Part shown: positions 38,738 through 47,819 of the stretch, one piece after another
How the letters are laid out: the number at the start of each line of letters is the position of its first letter
How positions within the stretch are numbered: the stretch's first letter is position 1
Assembly (NCBI GenBank): GCA_965247115.1
Contig: CBDFGR010000002.1
Coordinates: forward strand, 608,001 to 672,000
Direction of reading: 5' to 3'
Origin: Myxococcota bacterium
GTDB taxonomy: Bacteria > Myxococcota_A > UBA9160 > SZUA-336
Length of the DNA: 64,000 bases
Notes under the pieces: model-generated
The model's input: only the letters and a program-made list of their open reading frames with translations
The model's database searches: none
Told to the model about the DNA's origin: nothing
Made by a program: the position numbers and the translations under genes

Positions 38738-39097
38738 ATGGGCAACGCGCTAGTGAATCACCGATTCCTGACGGACATCAATCCGATCACCGTGGAGTGG
38801 ATCAAGCTCACCGGAGACACGCCTCAGGACAACCCGGAGAAATCAATCGGGAGCAACCTCGTAAACGTGATCACCGGAGTTGTGCTGCCCGCGAACGCGG
38901 ACCTGGGCGGACAGCCGACCCGGATGAGCCTGGAGATCGTGCCGGGAAGCCAGGAGCTCCTACTACACGACCTGGACGACGGCCAGGAGGCCCTCGTCAT
39001 CCTGATCGGCTTCGGGCGGCGGGACTTCCGCGACGTGTTCCAGAGAGAAGAGGACACGAACCAGTCGTTCGCCGCGTCCGGAGGCGAGGAGGAGTAG
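38738..39097 (+). CDS. Hypothetical protein (119 aa), paralog of 21869-22201
   Basis: AGGAG RBS. Shares HRF.TD.NPI.VEWI, QDNP, LPAN.D.GG, LHDL, IGFG with 21869-22201. Confidence 0.8.
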   Translation: MGNALVNHRFLTDINPITVEWIKLTGDTPQDNPEKSIGSNLVNVITGVVLPANADLGGQPTRMSLEIVPGSQELLLHDLDDGQEALVILIGFGRRDFRDVFQREEDTNQSFAASGGEEE

Positions 39098-39098
39098 C

Positions 39099-40067
39099 TC
39101 AGGGACTCGCGAGGACGACGGGATTCGAGAGTACGCCGATTCCCTCGATCTCGCAGCTCACGACGTCACCCGGCTGGAGATAGCCGGGAGCCAGCACAAC
39201 ATCCTCGCGCTGCCGGGGTCGTCCCCCGAGCTCGGGGTCGGAGCCCCAGGCCGTGCCTCCCGGCGTACCCGTCGAGATTACGAAGCCGGGCTGCAGCGTC
39301 AGGTACGTCGAGAAGAAGACCACCAGCTCGGCTACGCCCCAGATCATGTGCGCGGTGGTGTTGTTCTGGCGGAGTTCGCCGTTGACCGTAGTGCGCAGCG
39401 CCAGAGTCTGGGGGTCGGGAATCTCGTCGCTGGTGACGATGACGGGACCCATCGGGGCGCAGGTGTCGAAGTTCTTGCTCCCGCCGATAGCGTAGGCCGC
39501 GGTACCGTCGGGGCGCAGCTTCACCTGACGGTCGCGCGCGGTGCAGTCGTGCATGATCGTGTAGCCGAACACGTGCTCCAGCGCCCTCTCCACCGGGATG
39601 TGGCGGCCTGCCTTGCCGATCACGATGGCAAGCTCGGTCTCGTAGTCGAGCTTCTTTGTGACCTTCGGATCCAGGATGATGTCGACTCCGGGACCGACGA
39701 CGCACTGGGGGAGCTTGATGAAGAACTCGGGCTCCTTTCCTTCGACGGGGGGCTTCTCCTCTCGGTGGTCGTAGTAATTCTCCCCGCTGCACAGGATCGC
39801 CTCCGGTCTCAGTGGCGCCGCGAGGCGGAGCTCGGCGAGCTTGCGCCGCCCGCTGCCCAACTCTCGACTCGTCCCGAGCGCCCGTTGCGCGAGAGCCCGA
39901 CCGGCTGGGCCGGCGGCGATGAAGGGGATGGAGTCGACTACGCTCGCGCGTTCCGAATGCGAGAGGCTTCCGTCGGCCTCGAGCGCCTCGACCAGGTCGA
40001 CCACCTCGTCGCCGTCGAGCACGCCCAACCGGATCCCCTCCGGCGTTCCATAGCGGAGCAATTTCAC
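39099..40067 (-). CDS. Fumarylacetoacetate hydrolase family protein
   Basis: GENYYDH, LDYETELAIVIG, HDCTARD, SKNFDT, TGTPGG. Confidence 0.92.
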   Translation of the reverse strand: MKLLRYGTPEGIRLGVLDGDEVVDLVEALEADGSLSHSERASVVDSIPFIAAGPAGRALAQRALGTSRELGSGRRKLAELRLAAPLRPEAILCSGENYYDHREEKPPVEGKEPEFFIKLPQCVVGPGVDIILDPKVTKKLDYETELAIVIGKAGRHIPVERALEHVFGYTIMHDCTARDRQVKLRPDGTAAYAIGGSKNFDTCAPMGPVIVTSDEIPDPQTLALRTTVNGELRQNNTTAHMIWGVAELVVFFSTYLTLQPGFVISTGTPGGTAWGSDPELGGRPRQREDVVLAPGYLQPGDVVSCEIEGIGVLSNPVVLASP

Positions 40068-40088
40068 CAGAGGGTCCCTCCTCGACTG

Positions 40089-40871
40089 TCAGTCATCGCC
40101 CGGGACGGAGTATGCCGCGTCGGTCTCCAGGCTGTCGCTGACCGAAGCCCCCTCCATCTCCACGGTCTTGGGCTCGGTCCGGAACCGCACGCTCCACTTG
40201 AGTGGGTCGCCCACCTCGGGGCCGAAGAGATCCTCCTTCCCCTCCTCGACCGCAGCGAGGGAGGCCTCGACAACGGACTCGGGCGAAACCTTCGGGCAGT
40301 CGAGCTCCCCGACCATTTCCGTATCGACCGCATCCGGCAGGACCGCCACAACCAGGGTCCCCTGTCCCGCGAGCTGCGCCCGTACGCCGTGTGTCATGGA
40401 CCAGGCGGCCGCCTTGGACGCGCAGTAGAAGCCCTGGTAGGGAATGTGCACCAGCGCCAGATTCGACAGGATGTTCACGATGGCACCGCCGCCGTTCGCC
40501 TTCAGGACCGGAGCGAAGGCCCGGCACATGCGGAGCGTTCCCCAGAAGTTGACCTCCATCTGAAAGCGGCCTTCCTCGAGATCCGGGGCGCTGACCACCC
40601 CCACGTCGCGCAGCACGCCCCCGTTGTTGATCAGGAGATCCACTTCGCCGCAGCGGTCTGCGACCGCCTGCACCTGGTTCGGGTTCGTGATGTCGAGCTC
40701 AACGGGCACGATCCGCTCGGGGTCTTGTTCGACGACGCTCCCGACCTTTTCGAGATCCCGAGAGCCTGCGTAGATTCGACCCGCCCCCGCCGCGCACAGT
40801 CCCGCAATGAACGCCCGCCCGATGCCGCGATTCGATCCCGTAACCAGCGCGGTGCTTCCTCGGATCTTCAT
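40089..40871 (-). CDS. Short-chain dehydrogenase/reductase
   Basis: TGSNRGIG, LINNGG, YCASK catalytic motif. Confidence 0.9.
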   Translation of the reverse strand: MKIRGSTALVTGSNRGIGRAFIAGLCAAGAGRIYAGSRDLEKVGSVVEQDPERIVPVELDITNPNQVQAVADRCGEVDLLINNGGVLRDVGVVSAPDLEEGRFQMEVNFWGTLRMCRAFAPVLKANGGGAIVNILSNLALVHIPYQGFYCASKAAAWSMTHGVRAQLAGQGTLVVAVLPDAVDTEMVGELDCPKVSPESVVEASLAAVEEGKEDLFGPEVGDPLKWSVRFRTEPKTVEMEGASVSDSLETDAAYSVPGDD

Positions 40872-41299
40872 CTCGCATGCCTCCACGGGAGACCCCTTCG
40901 GATCCGGGGCCACTCGGCGATCGCGACGAGTAGTGGCGCACCGTACACCACGAGCAGGAAAACGACGAGGTCTGTTGCGTCCGGACTCGTGGTGCCGGCG
41001 AGGATTCCGGTGAGAATCGGCACCACAGTAACGGCGAAAAGCCCAGCGACCGTGAAGAGGCCGCTCAACGCCCCGATGGCAACAAGGCGAGCTCCCCGCT
41101 TGCTCAGCTCCGCTCTACGCAGAACTGTGTATCAACCAGCGACGAGCCCGATGCTCCCGGTCAACAGTAGCGCCCAGTGGATAGGAGGCAGCGAGCCTCT
41201 CGCGACTGCTGCGCCGCCGTAGGCCGCGCCAGCGCTCACTGGTAGCAGTGCAGCCCCCTCGAGGACCGAGATGAGAATGCGCCGAAAGTTCCACGTCAT
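40868..41299 (-). pseudogene. Hypothetical integral membrane protein interrupted by an in-frame TGA at 41134-41132
   Basis: ATG 41299 MTWNFRRILISV...GLVAG*YTVLRR...LSGLFTVAG...WRHAR*. Hydrophobic segments on both sides of the stop. The end overlaps the SDR start (ATGA). Confidence 0.55.
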
Positions 41300-41332
41300 C
41301 TTTTCTAGCGGACGGTGTTCGCCGCCCGACCC

Positions 41333-41788
41333 TCATCGGCCGACGCGATAGCCACCTCCGAAGCCGTAGCGAGCCCTCAATCGGCCGGAACTCAAGCCGG
41401 AGGTGTGGTGACTCCGTGGACGTCTGGCCATGCGAGCCGCGTTCCTCTCGTTGGGGCTGAGCTTCCCGTCTCCGTCCTTGTCGTACCTGCGGAGGAGGTC
41501 TGCTCGCTCGCCGGGACCTCGCATTCGCTGAACCTCGCGCGCCGCGATCAGCTCCTCAACGGAGATCTCACCGTCGCCATCGATGTCGTAGCGGCTCGTG
41601 CGGGCGGCGGCGTAGTGCTCCGCCCGATTGAGGACGCCATCGCCGTTGAAGTCCCGCTTCTCGAAGCGCTCCTGCTTCTCCGCCTGCGAGACCTCGTCGC
41701 CGCTGGCGGCAGAGGCCAGGAAGCCCGCGGAAAGGGCCAGCACCGCGATGGCGCCAACTTTCGCGCGCTCACTCAGGCGTGGTCGCAA
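41333..41788 (-). CDS. Secreted EF-hand domain protein
   Basis: Signal-peptide-like N-terminus. Three EF loops: DFNGDGVLNRAE, DIDGDGEISVEE, DKDGDGKLSPNE. Confidence 0.78.
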   Translation of the reverse strand: MRPRLSERAKVGAIAVLALSAGFLASAASGDEVSQAEKQERFEKRDFNGDGVLNRAEHYAAARTSRYDIDGDGEISVEELIAAREVQRMRGPGERADLLRRYDKDGDGKLSPNERNAARMARRPRSHHTSGLSSGRLRARYGFGGGYRVGR

Positions 41789-41877
41789 CGCTGTACCTCC
41801 GAGAGCGGATACCTGATGGTACTAAACCGAGCGCAAGTCTTCACGTTGCGCGAACCCGTCCGATCCGGGGGCGGCCC

Positions 41878-41898
41878 CTACAGGTTGCCCACCTCGTC
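41878..41898 (-). repeat. Imperfect direct repeat of the acyl-CoA dehydrogenase 3' end (42428-42448)
   Basis: ctacaggttgcccacctcgtc vs ctacaggttaccgacctcgtc, 19/21 identical. Both encode DEVGNL*. Confidence 0.75.
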
Positions 41899-42044
41899 AA
41901 TAGCGGCCGTTCGCCTGATAATATGCAGAAGGGCCGCTAGTGACCCGAAGCGGACGATTCCCACCCGACAGGCCTGCGGGACTGACCCCACTGACTGCGA
42001 GACCGTCATGCGGTATCGGCTACCGCAGTAACTAGGAGAAAGAC

Positions 42045-42401
42045 ATGTCCAGCCCGAACATCGACAGCGTGATTGCAGTGGTACCGGTGAAGGACCAAGC
42101 CGCGGCTGTTGCGTGGTACAAGAAGTTGCTCGGGCGGGAAGCGGACGTCGTTCCGGCGGATGGGGTGGCGGAGTGGCAGCTCGCCGAGAACGCATGGCTT
42201 CAGGTAACAACCGACCCGGAGTGCGCGGGCAGCACGTCGGTCATCGTCGGAGTGAGCGACCTCGATGCGCTGTGCGCCGCCTGTGCCGACGCCGGCGTGT
42301 CACTCGGCGAAGTTGTCGAGTATCCGGACATTGTCAAGACGGTTGACGCGGTCGACCCGGACGGGAACAAGGTTTTCTTCGCCCAGAAGCTTTCCGGTTG
42401 A
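42045..42401 (+). CDS. VOC/glyoxalase family protein
   Basis: VVPVKDQAAAVAWYKKLLG, DPDGNKVFF. AGGAG RBS. Confidence 0.85.
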   Translation: MSSPNIDSVIAVVPVKDQAAAVAWYKKLLGREADVVPADGVAEWQLAENAWLQVTTDPECAGSTSVIVGVSDLDALCAACADAGVSLGEVVEYPDIVKTVDAVDPDGNKVFFAQKLSG

Positions 42402-42427
42402 ATGCCGCGCAGGCCGACGAGAGGGCG

Positions 42428-43729
42428 CTACAGGTTACCGACCTCGTCCTCCAGCAGGCTCGCCAACTTGTCGCGGGCCCACTCGCGGCGGGCGGGCAGG
42501 TGCTGTGTCGGCCACAGTCCGGGCGCCGGCTCGTAGTCGCGAAGAACCTGCCGGGCGATCGTCACCTTGTGCACCTCGTCCGGGCCGTCGGCAATCCCCA
42601 TGGCTGGCAGGCTCGCCCACATGGCCGCGAGCGGCAGCTCGTTCGAAACACCGATGGCCCCGTGCAGATGCAGCGAACGATACACGACGTCGTGTAGGAT
42701 CTTCGCGGCCGCCACCTTGACGGCGGCGATGTCCTTTCGCACCGCCCTGTAGTCCTTGAACTTGTCGATCCGCCAGGCGGTGCGCAGGACAAGCAGCCGG
42801 AACTGCTCGATCTCGATCCAGGAATCCGCGATCCTCTCCTGAACCATCTGCTTCTGCGCCAGCACCTCGCCCTGGGTCTCGCGCGAGAGCGACCGCTCGC
42901 ACATCATGTCGAAGGCCTTCTTGACTTGAGCCACGGTACGCATGGCGTGGTGGATGCGGCCGCCCCCCAGACGCGTCTGTGCGATCACGAAGGCGCTGCC
43001 CTCTTTGCCGAGCAGGTGGTCGGCCGACAGACGGACGTTCTCGTAGCGGACGTAGCCGTGAGAGCCGTGGCCTTCCGGCTCGGTGCCGACTCCGACGTTC
43101 CGAACGATGTTCACACCCGGGGAGTTGGTGGGCACGAGGAACATCGACATGCCGTTGTACGGGCTCACGTCCGGGTCCGTGACGACCATGACGATGAGGA
43201 AGGACGAGTAGCGCGCGTTCGACGAGAACCACTTCTCGCCGTTGATCACCCACTCGTCGCCGTCCCGCTCGGCACGAGTCTTAAAGCGCGTGGGATCCGC
43301 GCCCGCATGAGGCTCGGTCATCGAGTAGCAGGAGACGATCTCCCCGTCCATGAGCGGCTGCAAGAAGCGCTTCTTCTGCTCCGGACTCCCGTAGTGCGCC
43401 AGGATCTCCGCATTGCCCGAGTCGGGCGCCTGACAGCCGAACACGCGGGGTGCGAAGCTCGAGCGACCCAGCAGCTCATTCAGGAGCGCGAGCTTGAGCT
43501 GTCCGTAGCCCGGACCACCGAGATCGGGACCAAGATGACAGGCCCAGAGCCCACGCGTCTTGACCTCCTCTTGCAGGGGCTTCGTGGCCTTCAGGACGCG
43601 CGGGTCTGACAGGTCGTACGGATTACCGAGGACCAGGTCTAGCGGCTCCACCTCTTCGCGCACGAACTCGTCTACCCAGTTGAGCTCCCGCTGGAACTCG
43701 GGCTCGGTTTCGAAATCCCACGGCATCAC
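42428..43729 (-). CDS. Acyl-CoA dehydrogenase
   Basis: CQAPDSGNAEIL, YSMTEP, INGEKWFSS, QTRLGGGRIHH, IADGPDEVH. Confidence 0.93.
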   Translation of the reverse strand: MMPWDFETEPEFQRELNWVDEFVREEVEPLDLVLGNPYDLSDPRVLKATKPLQEEVKTRGLWACHLGPDLGGPGYGQLKLALLNELLGRSSFAPRVFGCQAPDSGNAEILAHYGSPEQKKRFLQPLMDGEIVSCYSMTEPHAGADPTRFKTRAERDGDEWVINGEKWFSSNARYSSFLIVMVVTDPDVSPYNGMSMFLVPTNSPGVNIVRNVGVGTEPEGHGSHGYVRYENVRLSADHLLGKEGSAFVIAQTRLGGGRIHHAMRTVAQVKKAFDMMCERSLSRETQGEVLAQKQMVQERIADSWIEIEQFRLLVLRTAWRIDKFKDYRAVRKDIAAVKVAAAKILHDVVYRSLHLHGAIGVSNELPLAAMWASLPAMGIADGPDEVHKVTIARQVLRDYEPAPGLWPTQHLPARREWARDKLASLLEDEVGNL

Positions 43730-43815
43730 GCACTCCCTTCGCTTCGGTTGCGAGTCCGGATTCTCTCACATCCAGGCGGGGAGGGAGCCTATCCCTCGAA
43801 CCCTGCCTCCGGACT

Positions 43816-44655
43816 TCACCCCTTCTCGATCACCTCAACCTGGTCGAGCGGGGCGTAGAAGTACGAGCCGGGCCGGAAGTCGTACCCCAGATCGCCGAGC
43901 AGGCGGCGCTGTCGGGGATTGCAGCGGTCCTTGACGTCCGAGACCGTCTCAAAGTCGTACGCTCGCACGAACATCTGGCAGTAGTTGTAGAGCAGCACCT
44001 TTCGCCCTCTACCTGACAGATTGGGCGACGGGCCGTGCCAGAGCGAGTGCGAGAACAGATAGCAGTCCCCCGCCTTTCCCAGCAGCTGCACGGCTCCCGG
44101 CGTATGGGGCGACAGCCGCGGCTTCCCGTCAACGGGGAAGGGCCGCAGGTGGCTGCCGGGGAACACCGTGAAGTTCCCGCTGTCGGGCCGGGTCACGTCC
44201 GACAGCAGGTAGATGGCCTTCATCGCGAGCGGGCGGCTGGTCTCGGTCACCCGAATCTGGGCGAGCGCCTGTCCGCCATCGGTGTGCGTGTAGCCAGGGA
44301 AGTCGGGCGTCGAGGCGCGCACGATCGCGTGCGTCATGCTGAGCAGTACGTAAGGCCCCATGATATCCACGACAAGGTCGAAGACGGGCGAGCGATCCAT
44401 CAGCTCGATGAACGCGTCGTGGTACGAGAGGATGTCCCGACGGTCCATGGATGCCTCGGGATCTAGGTCGGGAGTCTGCTCCACCCAACCGTAGTGGCCC
44501 ACCGGCAGGTCGGTCGGCTCCCACCCTGGCAGGTGGCGCACGCGGTCCATCTCGCCGCTGAGGAGCTTCACCTCGTCCGGGGCCAGCACCTGCTCGAGCT
44601 GCAGATATCCGTCGATCGCCCACTGGCTCTTCTGTGCTTCCGTCAGACGAATCAC
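43816..44655 (-). CDS. Phytanoyl-CoA dioxygenase family (2OG-Fe(II)) protein
   Basis: DGYLQLEQVL, HTD (HxD), GNFTVFPGSH, LWHG, R at GRK. Start inferred at GTG 44655. Confidence 0.85.
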   Translation of the reverse strand: MIRLTEAQKSQWAIDGYLQLEQVLAPDEVKLLSGEMDRVRHLPGWEPTDLPVGHYGWVEQTPDLDPEASMDRRDILSYHDAFIELMDRSPVFDLVVDIMGPYVLLSMTHAIVRASTPDFPGYTHTDGGQALAQIRVTETSRPLAMKAIYLLSDVTRPDSGNFTVFPGSHLRPFPVDGKPRLSPHTPGAVQLLGKAGDCYLFSHSLWHGPSPNLSGRGRKVLLYNYCQMFVRAYDFETVSDVKDRCNPRQRRLLGDLGYDFRPGSYFYAPLDQVEVIEKG

Positions 44656-44677
44656 GACCGCGGAACTCCGCGGGCCG

Positions 44678-45730
44678 CTAGGCCCGAACCTCGTAAAAGG
44701 CATTGAACGGGTTGTCGACCTCGAGAAGGCGGAAGTGGCCGAAGCCCGCCCCCTTGCAGTACTCCTCCGCGAGCTTCGGTCCCCAGGCTGCGCCCAGCCC
44801 TTCACCGTCGTGCGCGAGCGACTGGGTCAGGCAGTGGAGCGTGCTCATGGCGTACATCATGGCGCCGCCAGGGTTCAGGTTGTCCTCGAGCGTCTCGCCG
44901 ACGCGCGGCTCCACCATCAGGTAGGTACCTCCGGGTGCGAGAGCGTTGCGAATGGCGCGAAGCGCTTCGCGCGGCTTGGCGATGTCGTGCACCACATCGA
45001 ACGTGGTGATCAGATCGAAGGGAGGGTCCGTCGGGATGGAGTCCGCACCGAGCTGCTCGAACCGAGCGTTCGAGAGCTCTTCGTTCGCCGCCTTTGCGCG
45101 CGCCCGCTCGATCGAGCGCGCATCGATGTCGTAGCCCACTACCGTGGAGCTGGGATACGCCGTGGCCATGGCCAGCACTGCGGCACCTGAGCCGCAGCCG
45201 AGGTCAGCCACGCGCCCTCCCCGCTTCAGTCCGTCCACTACGGCTGGCATCGCGTTCAGCCAGCGCCGCGTGAGCAGGATCCGTACGCCGGGGCTGTTCG
45301 ATCGGTCCATGCCCTCGATCATGTCAAGACCGAACTCGGAGAACGGCACCCCGCCTCCCTCCCTGACAGCCTGTGCGACACCGGGTACTGCCTTCAACAG
45401 CGCGGGAATCGTCTGCGCCCACCCGCAGAGAAAGTAAGGGCTGTCCTCGTCGGCCAGACAGGCCGCGTACTCGTCCGGGAGCTCAAACGTCTCGGTGCTC
45501 GGCTCGTAGACCAGAAGCTCCGCCGCCGCGAGACCCGAGACAAGCTCCCGCAAGTAGCGCTCCTGCAGGCCCGTCTGTGCGACCAGCTGCTCGAGCGTCA
45601 GCGGTCCCTGACCAGTCATCGCCTTGAAGAGCCCGCAGCGGTCCGCCACCCCGACGATACCCATGACCGTCGCGCCCGTTGCCATCTGCATGAACTGTGT
45701 CATGAACTCGCGCACGCGCTCTCTGTCCAT
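44678..45730 (-). CDS. Class I SAM-dependent methyltransferase with N-terminal wHTH (Rv2258c-like)
   Basis: GLQERYLRE, VADLGCGSG, FDVVHD, LAPGGTYLMVEP, HCLTQSLA. Confidence 0.9.
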   Translation of the reverse strand: MDRERVREFMTQFMQMATGATVMGIVGVADRCGLFKAMTGQGPLTLEQLVAQTGLQERYLRELVSGLAAAELLVYEPSTETFELPDEYAACLADEDSPYFLCGWAQTIPALLKAVPGVAQAVREGGGVPFSEFGLDMIEGMDRSNSPGVRILLTRRWLNAMPAVVDGLKRGGRVADLGCGSGAAVLAMATAYPSSTVVGYDIDARSIERARAKAANEELSNARFEQLGADSIPTDPPFDLITTFDVVHDIAKPREALRAIRNALAPGGTYLMVEPRVGETLEDNLNPGGAMMYAMSTLHCLTQSLAHDGEGLGAAWGPKLAEEYCKGAGFGHFRLLEVDNPFNAFYEVRA

Positions 45731-45786
45731 CGCAACCTCCCTGACTGCGCACAGTCTACTACGCCGAGAGTTGATACCCTGATGCC

Positions 45787-46794
45787 ATGAGCGTTCGCTT
45801 CGGCCTCGCCTATGACTTCCGCAACCCCGATCGCTGGGAGCGGCCCTGGGCGGAGGTCTTCCAGGCGCTGCTCGAGCAGATCGAGTACGTCGACACGCTC
45901 GGCTTCGACTCCATCTGGATTACGGAGCACCACTTCGTCCCCGACGGCTACGCGCCGTCGCCGGTCCCCCTGCTGGCGGCGATCGCGGCTCGAACGCAGA
46001 ACGTAAAGCTCGGCACCGACATTCTGCTTCTGCCGCTCTACCACGCCGTCAAGCTTGCGGAAGATCTCGCCACCGTCGATCTCATCTCGGAAGGCCGCCT
46101 GATGCTCGGCATCGGGATGGGGTACCGCGACGAGGAGTTCGAGGCCTTCGGTCAGACGCGGCGTGAGCGTGTCGGCCGCACAGAAGAGGGCATCGACGTG
46201 TTGCGAGGCGCGTGGGCCGACGGCCCGTTCAGCTACGAAGGTCAGTACTACAAGCTCCGGGACGTCGACATCACGCCGAAGCCCGTTCAGCGCCCGCACC
46301 CTCCGCTGTTCCTGGCAGCCACGTCGGAGCCTGCTGCGCGCCGAGCTGCACGGCTGGACCTGAACCTGCTTCCCCAGGGGGATGTCCGCGTCGCCTACGA
46401 GCCCTGGCTGGACGAGCTCGCGAAGCGCGGCAAGCAGCCCGAAGACTACCGGATCGGGCTCATCAAGCCGTGGTTCGTCGCCGACAGTCGCGCCGATCCT
46501 CTTTGGCGGCGTGCGCGGGAGCACGAGCACTACCGCGCTTCCATCTACGCGCCGTGGATCAAGGCAGGCGGAGGTCCTGGCCTCCCACCCGGGGACCCGC
46601 GCCCCATCGACCAGTCGTATCTCGTCGGGCCGCCCGAGCAGCTGATCGAGCAGCTCGAGGCGTACCGCACGACGACGCTGCCCGCGACCGACATCATCGG
46701 CTGGGGCACGCCTGTCGGCATGGAACCAGCCGAGGTCACACCCTCGCTCGAGCGCTTCGCCAGGGAAGTCATTCCGCACTTTCGCTCGCGCTGA
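45787..46794 (+). CDS. LLM-class flavin-dependent oxidoreductase
   Basis: DSIWITEHHF, LAEDLATVD, GRLMLGIGMGYR, PKPVQRPHPP. Confidence 0.9.
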   Translation: MSVRFGLAYDFRNPDRWERPWAEVFQALLEQIEYVDTLGFDSIWITEHHFVPDGYAPSPVPLLAAIAARTQNVKLGTDILLLPLYHAVKLAEDLATVDLISEGRLMLGIGMGYRDEEFEAFGQTRRERVGRTEEGIDVLRGAWADGPFSYEGQYYKLRDVDITPKPVQRPHPPLFLAATSEPAARRAARLDLNLLPQGDVRVAYEPWLDELAKRGKQPEDYRIGLIKPWFVADSRADPLWRRAREHEHYRASIYAPWIKAGGGPGLPPGDPRPIDQSYLVGPPEQLIEQLEAYRTTTLPATDIIGWGTPVGMEPAEVTPSLERFAREVIPHFRSR

Positions 46795-46917
46795 GCAGGC
46801 GCGACTATACTCGTGGAGGCGTTCCGTCTCGGCTACACGCTACCGCAGTAGCCCGGACCGCTCGCCACGCACTCGCGGTGCGAGCCACAGGTAGAGTGCA
46901 GTCTGGAAGGCAACAGC

Positions 46918-47598
46918 GTGGACACGTTCAAGGAGATCTATCGTCGTGCCGCCGCCCGGCATGGTGGCAGCAAGGCCCTCGACTCCCAGCTCCCGAGGCC
47001 GAAGACCCGCGCCACCTTGCAGCGAACTGCAGACCACCGCTACCTGTCCGCGATGACTCGCGGGGTCTTCCAGGCGGGCTTCGTCTGGCGTGTCGTCGAG
47101 AACAAGTGGAAGGGCTTCGAGGAGGCCTTCAAGGGCTTCGAACCCAAGCCGCTCGCCCGCCTCTCGAACAGGCAGCTCAACGCACTCGCCCAGGACACTC
47201 GTATCATCCGCAACCCCCAGAAGATCCACGCGGTCCGAGAGAACGCCCGCCTCCTGGTGGAGCTCGCCGCCAAGCACAAGGCCGCAAGCCGCTTCTTTGC
47301 GAGCTGGCCGGAGGAAGACATCGTTGGCCTGTGGGACGTACTCAAGCGCCGGGGTAGCCGCCTCGGAGGCATGACCGGTCCCATGTTCCTCCGCACGATG
47401 GGAAAGGACACCCCCATCCTCACGAACGACGTGCTGTTTGCGCTCCGAGAGCAGGGCATTGTCGAGACGAAGAGCCCCAGCTCCAAGAAAGCGCTCCACG
47501 ACATCCAGACCGCCTTCAACACCTGGCGCGACGAGAGCGACCGCAGCCTCTCAGAGATCAGCCGCGTCCTCGCATTCAGCGTGGGAGAGATCCACTAG
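46918..47598 (+). CDS. DNA-3-methyladenine glycosylase I (Tag) family protein
   Basis: VFQAGFVWRVVENKWKGFEEAF, RIIRNPQKIHAV. Confidence 0.8.
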   Translation: MDTFKEIYRRAAARHGGSKALDSQLPRPKTRATLQRTADHRYLSAMTRGVFQAGFVWRVVENKWKGFEEAFKGFEPKPLARLSNRQLNALAQDTRIIRNPQKIHAVRENARLLVELAAKHKAASRFFASWPEEDIVGLWDVLKRRGSRLGGMTGPMFLRTMGKDTPILTNDVLFALREQGIVETKSPSSKKALHDIQTAFNTWRDESDRSLSEISRVLAFSVGEIH

Positions 47599-47819
47599 CG
47601 GAACTCTCCACGGGAAGAGTCCTACGAACGCTCGAGTGCGTCCTTGAGCCGAGACGGCTGGACGCGATCAGCTCGCGCCATGGCGAACGAGATCAGCGGG
47701 CGCAAGAGACCCCAGAGGAAGCCCTGCGTTCGACACTCGGCGTCCAGGGTCAGCTGGGTGCGATACCTCCCGGGAGTAATTGACAGCATCGCTAGCTTGA
47801 GGCTTATGTAGATGAATCT

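Noticed and set aside
15383..40067. Secondary-metabolite biosynthetic cluster interpretation
   Set aside because: No NRPS, PKS, terpene, RiPP or other scaffold-building enzyme. The content (uptake receptor, ring cleavage, FAH, oxoacid dehydrogenase) points to catabolism.
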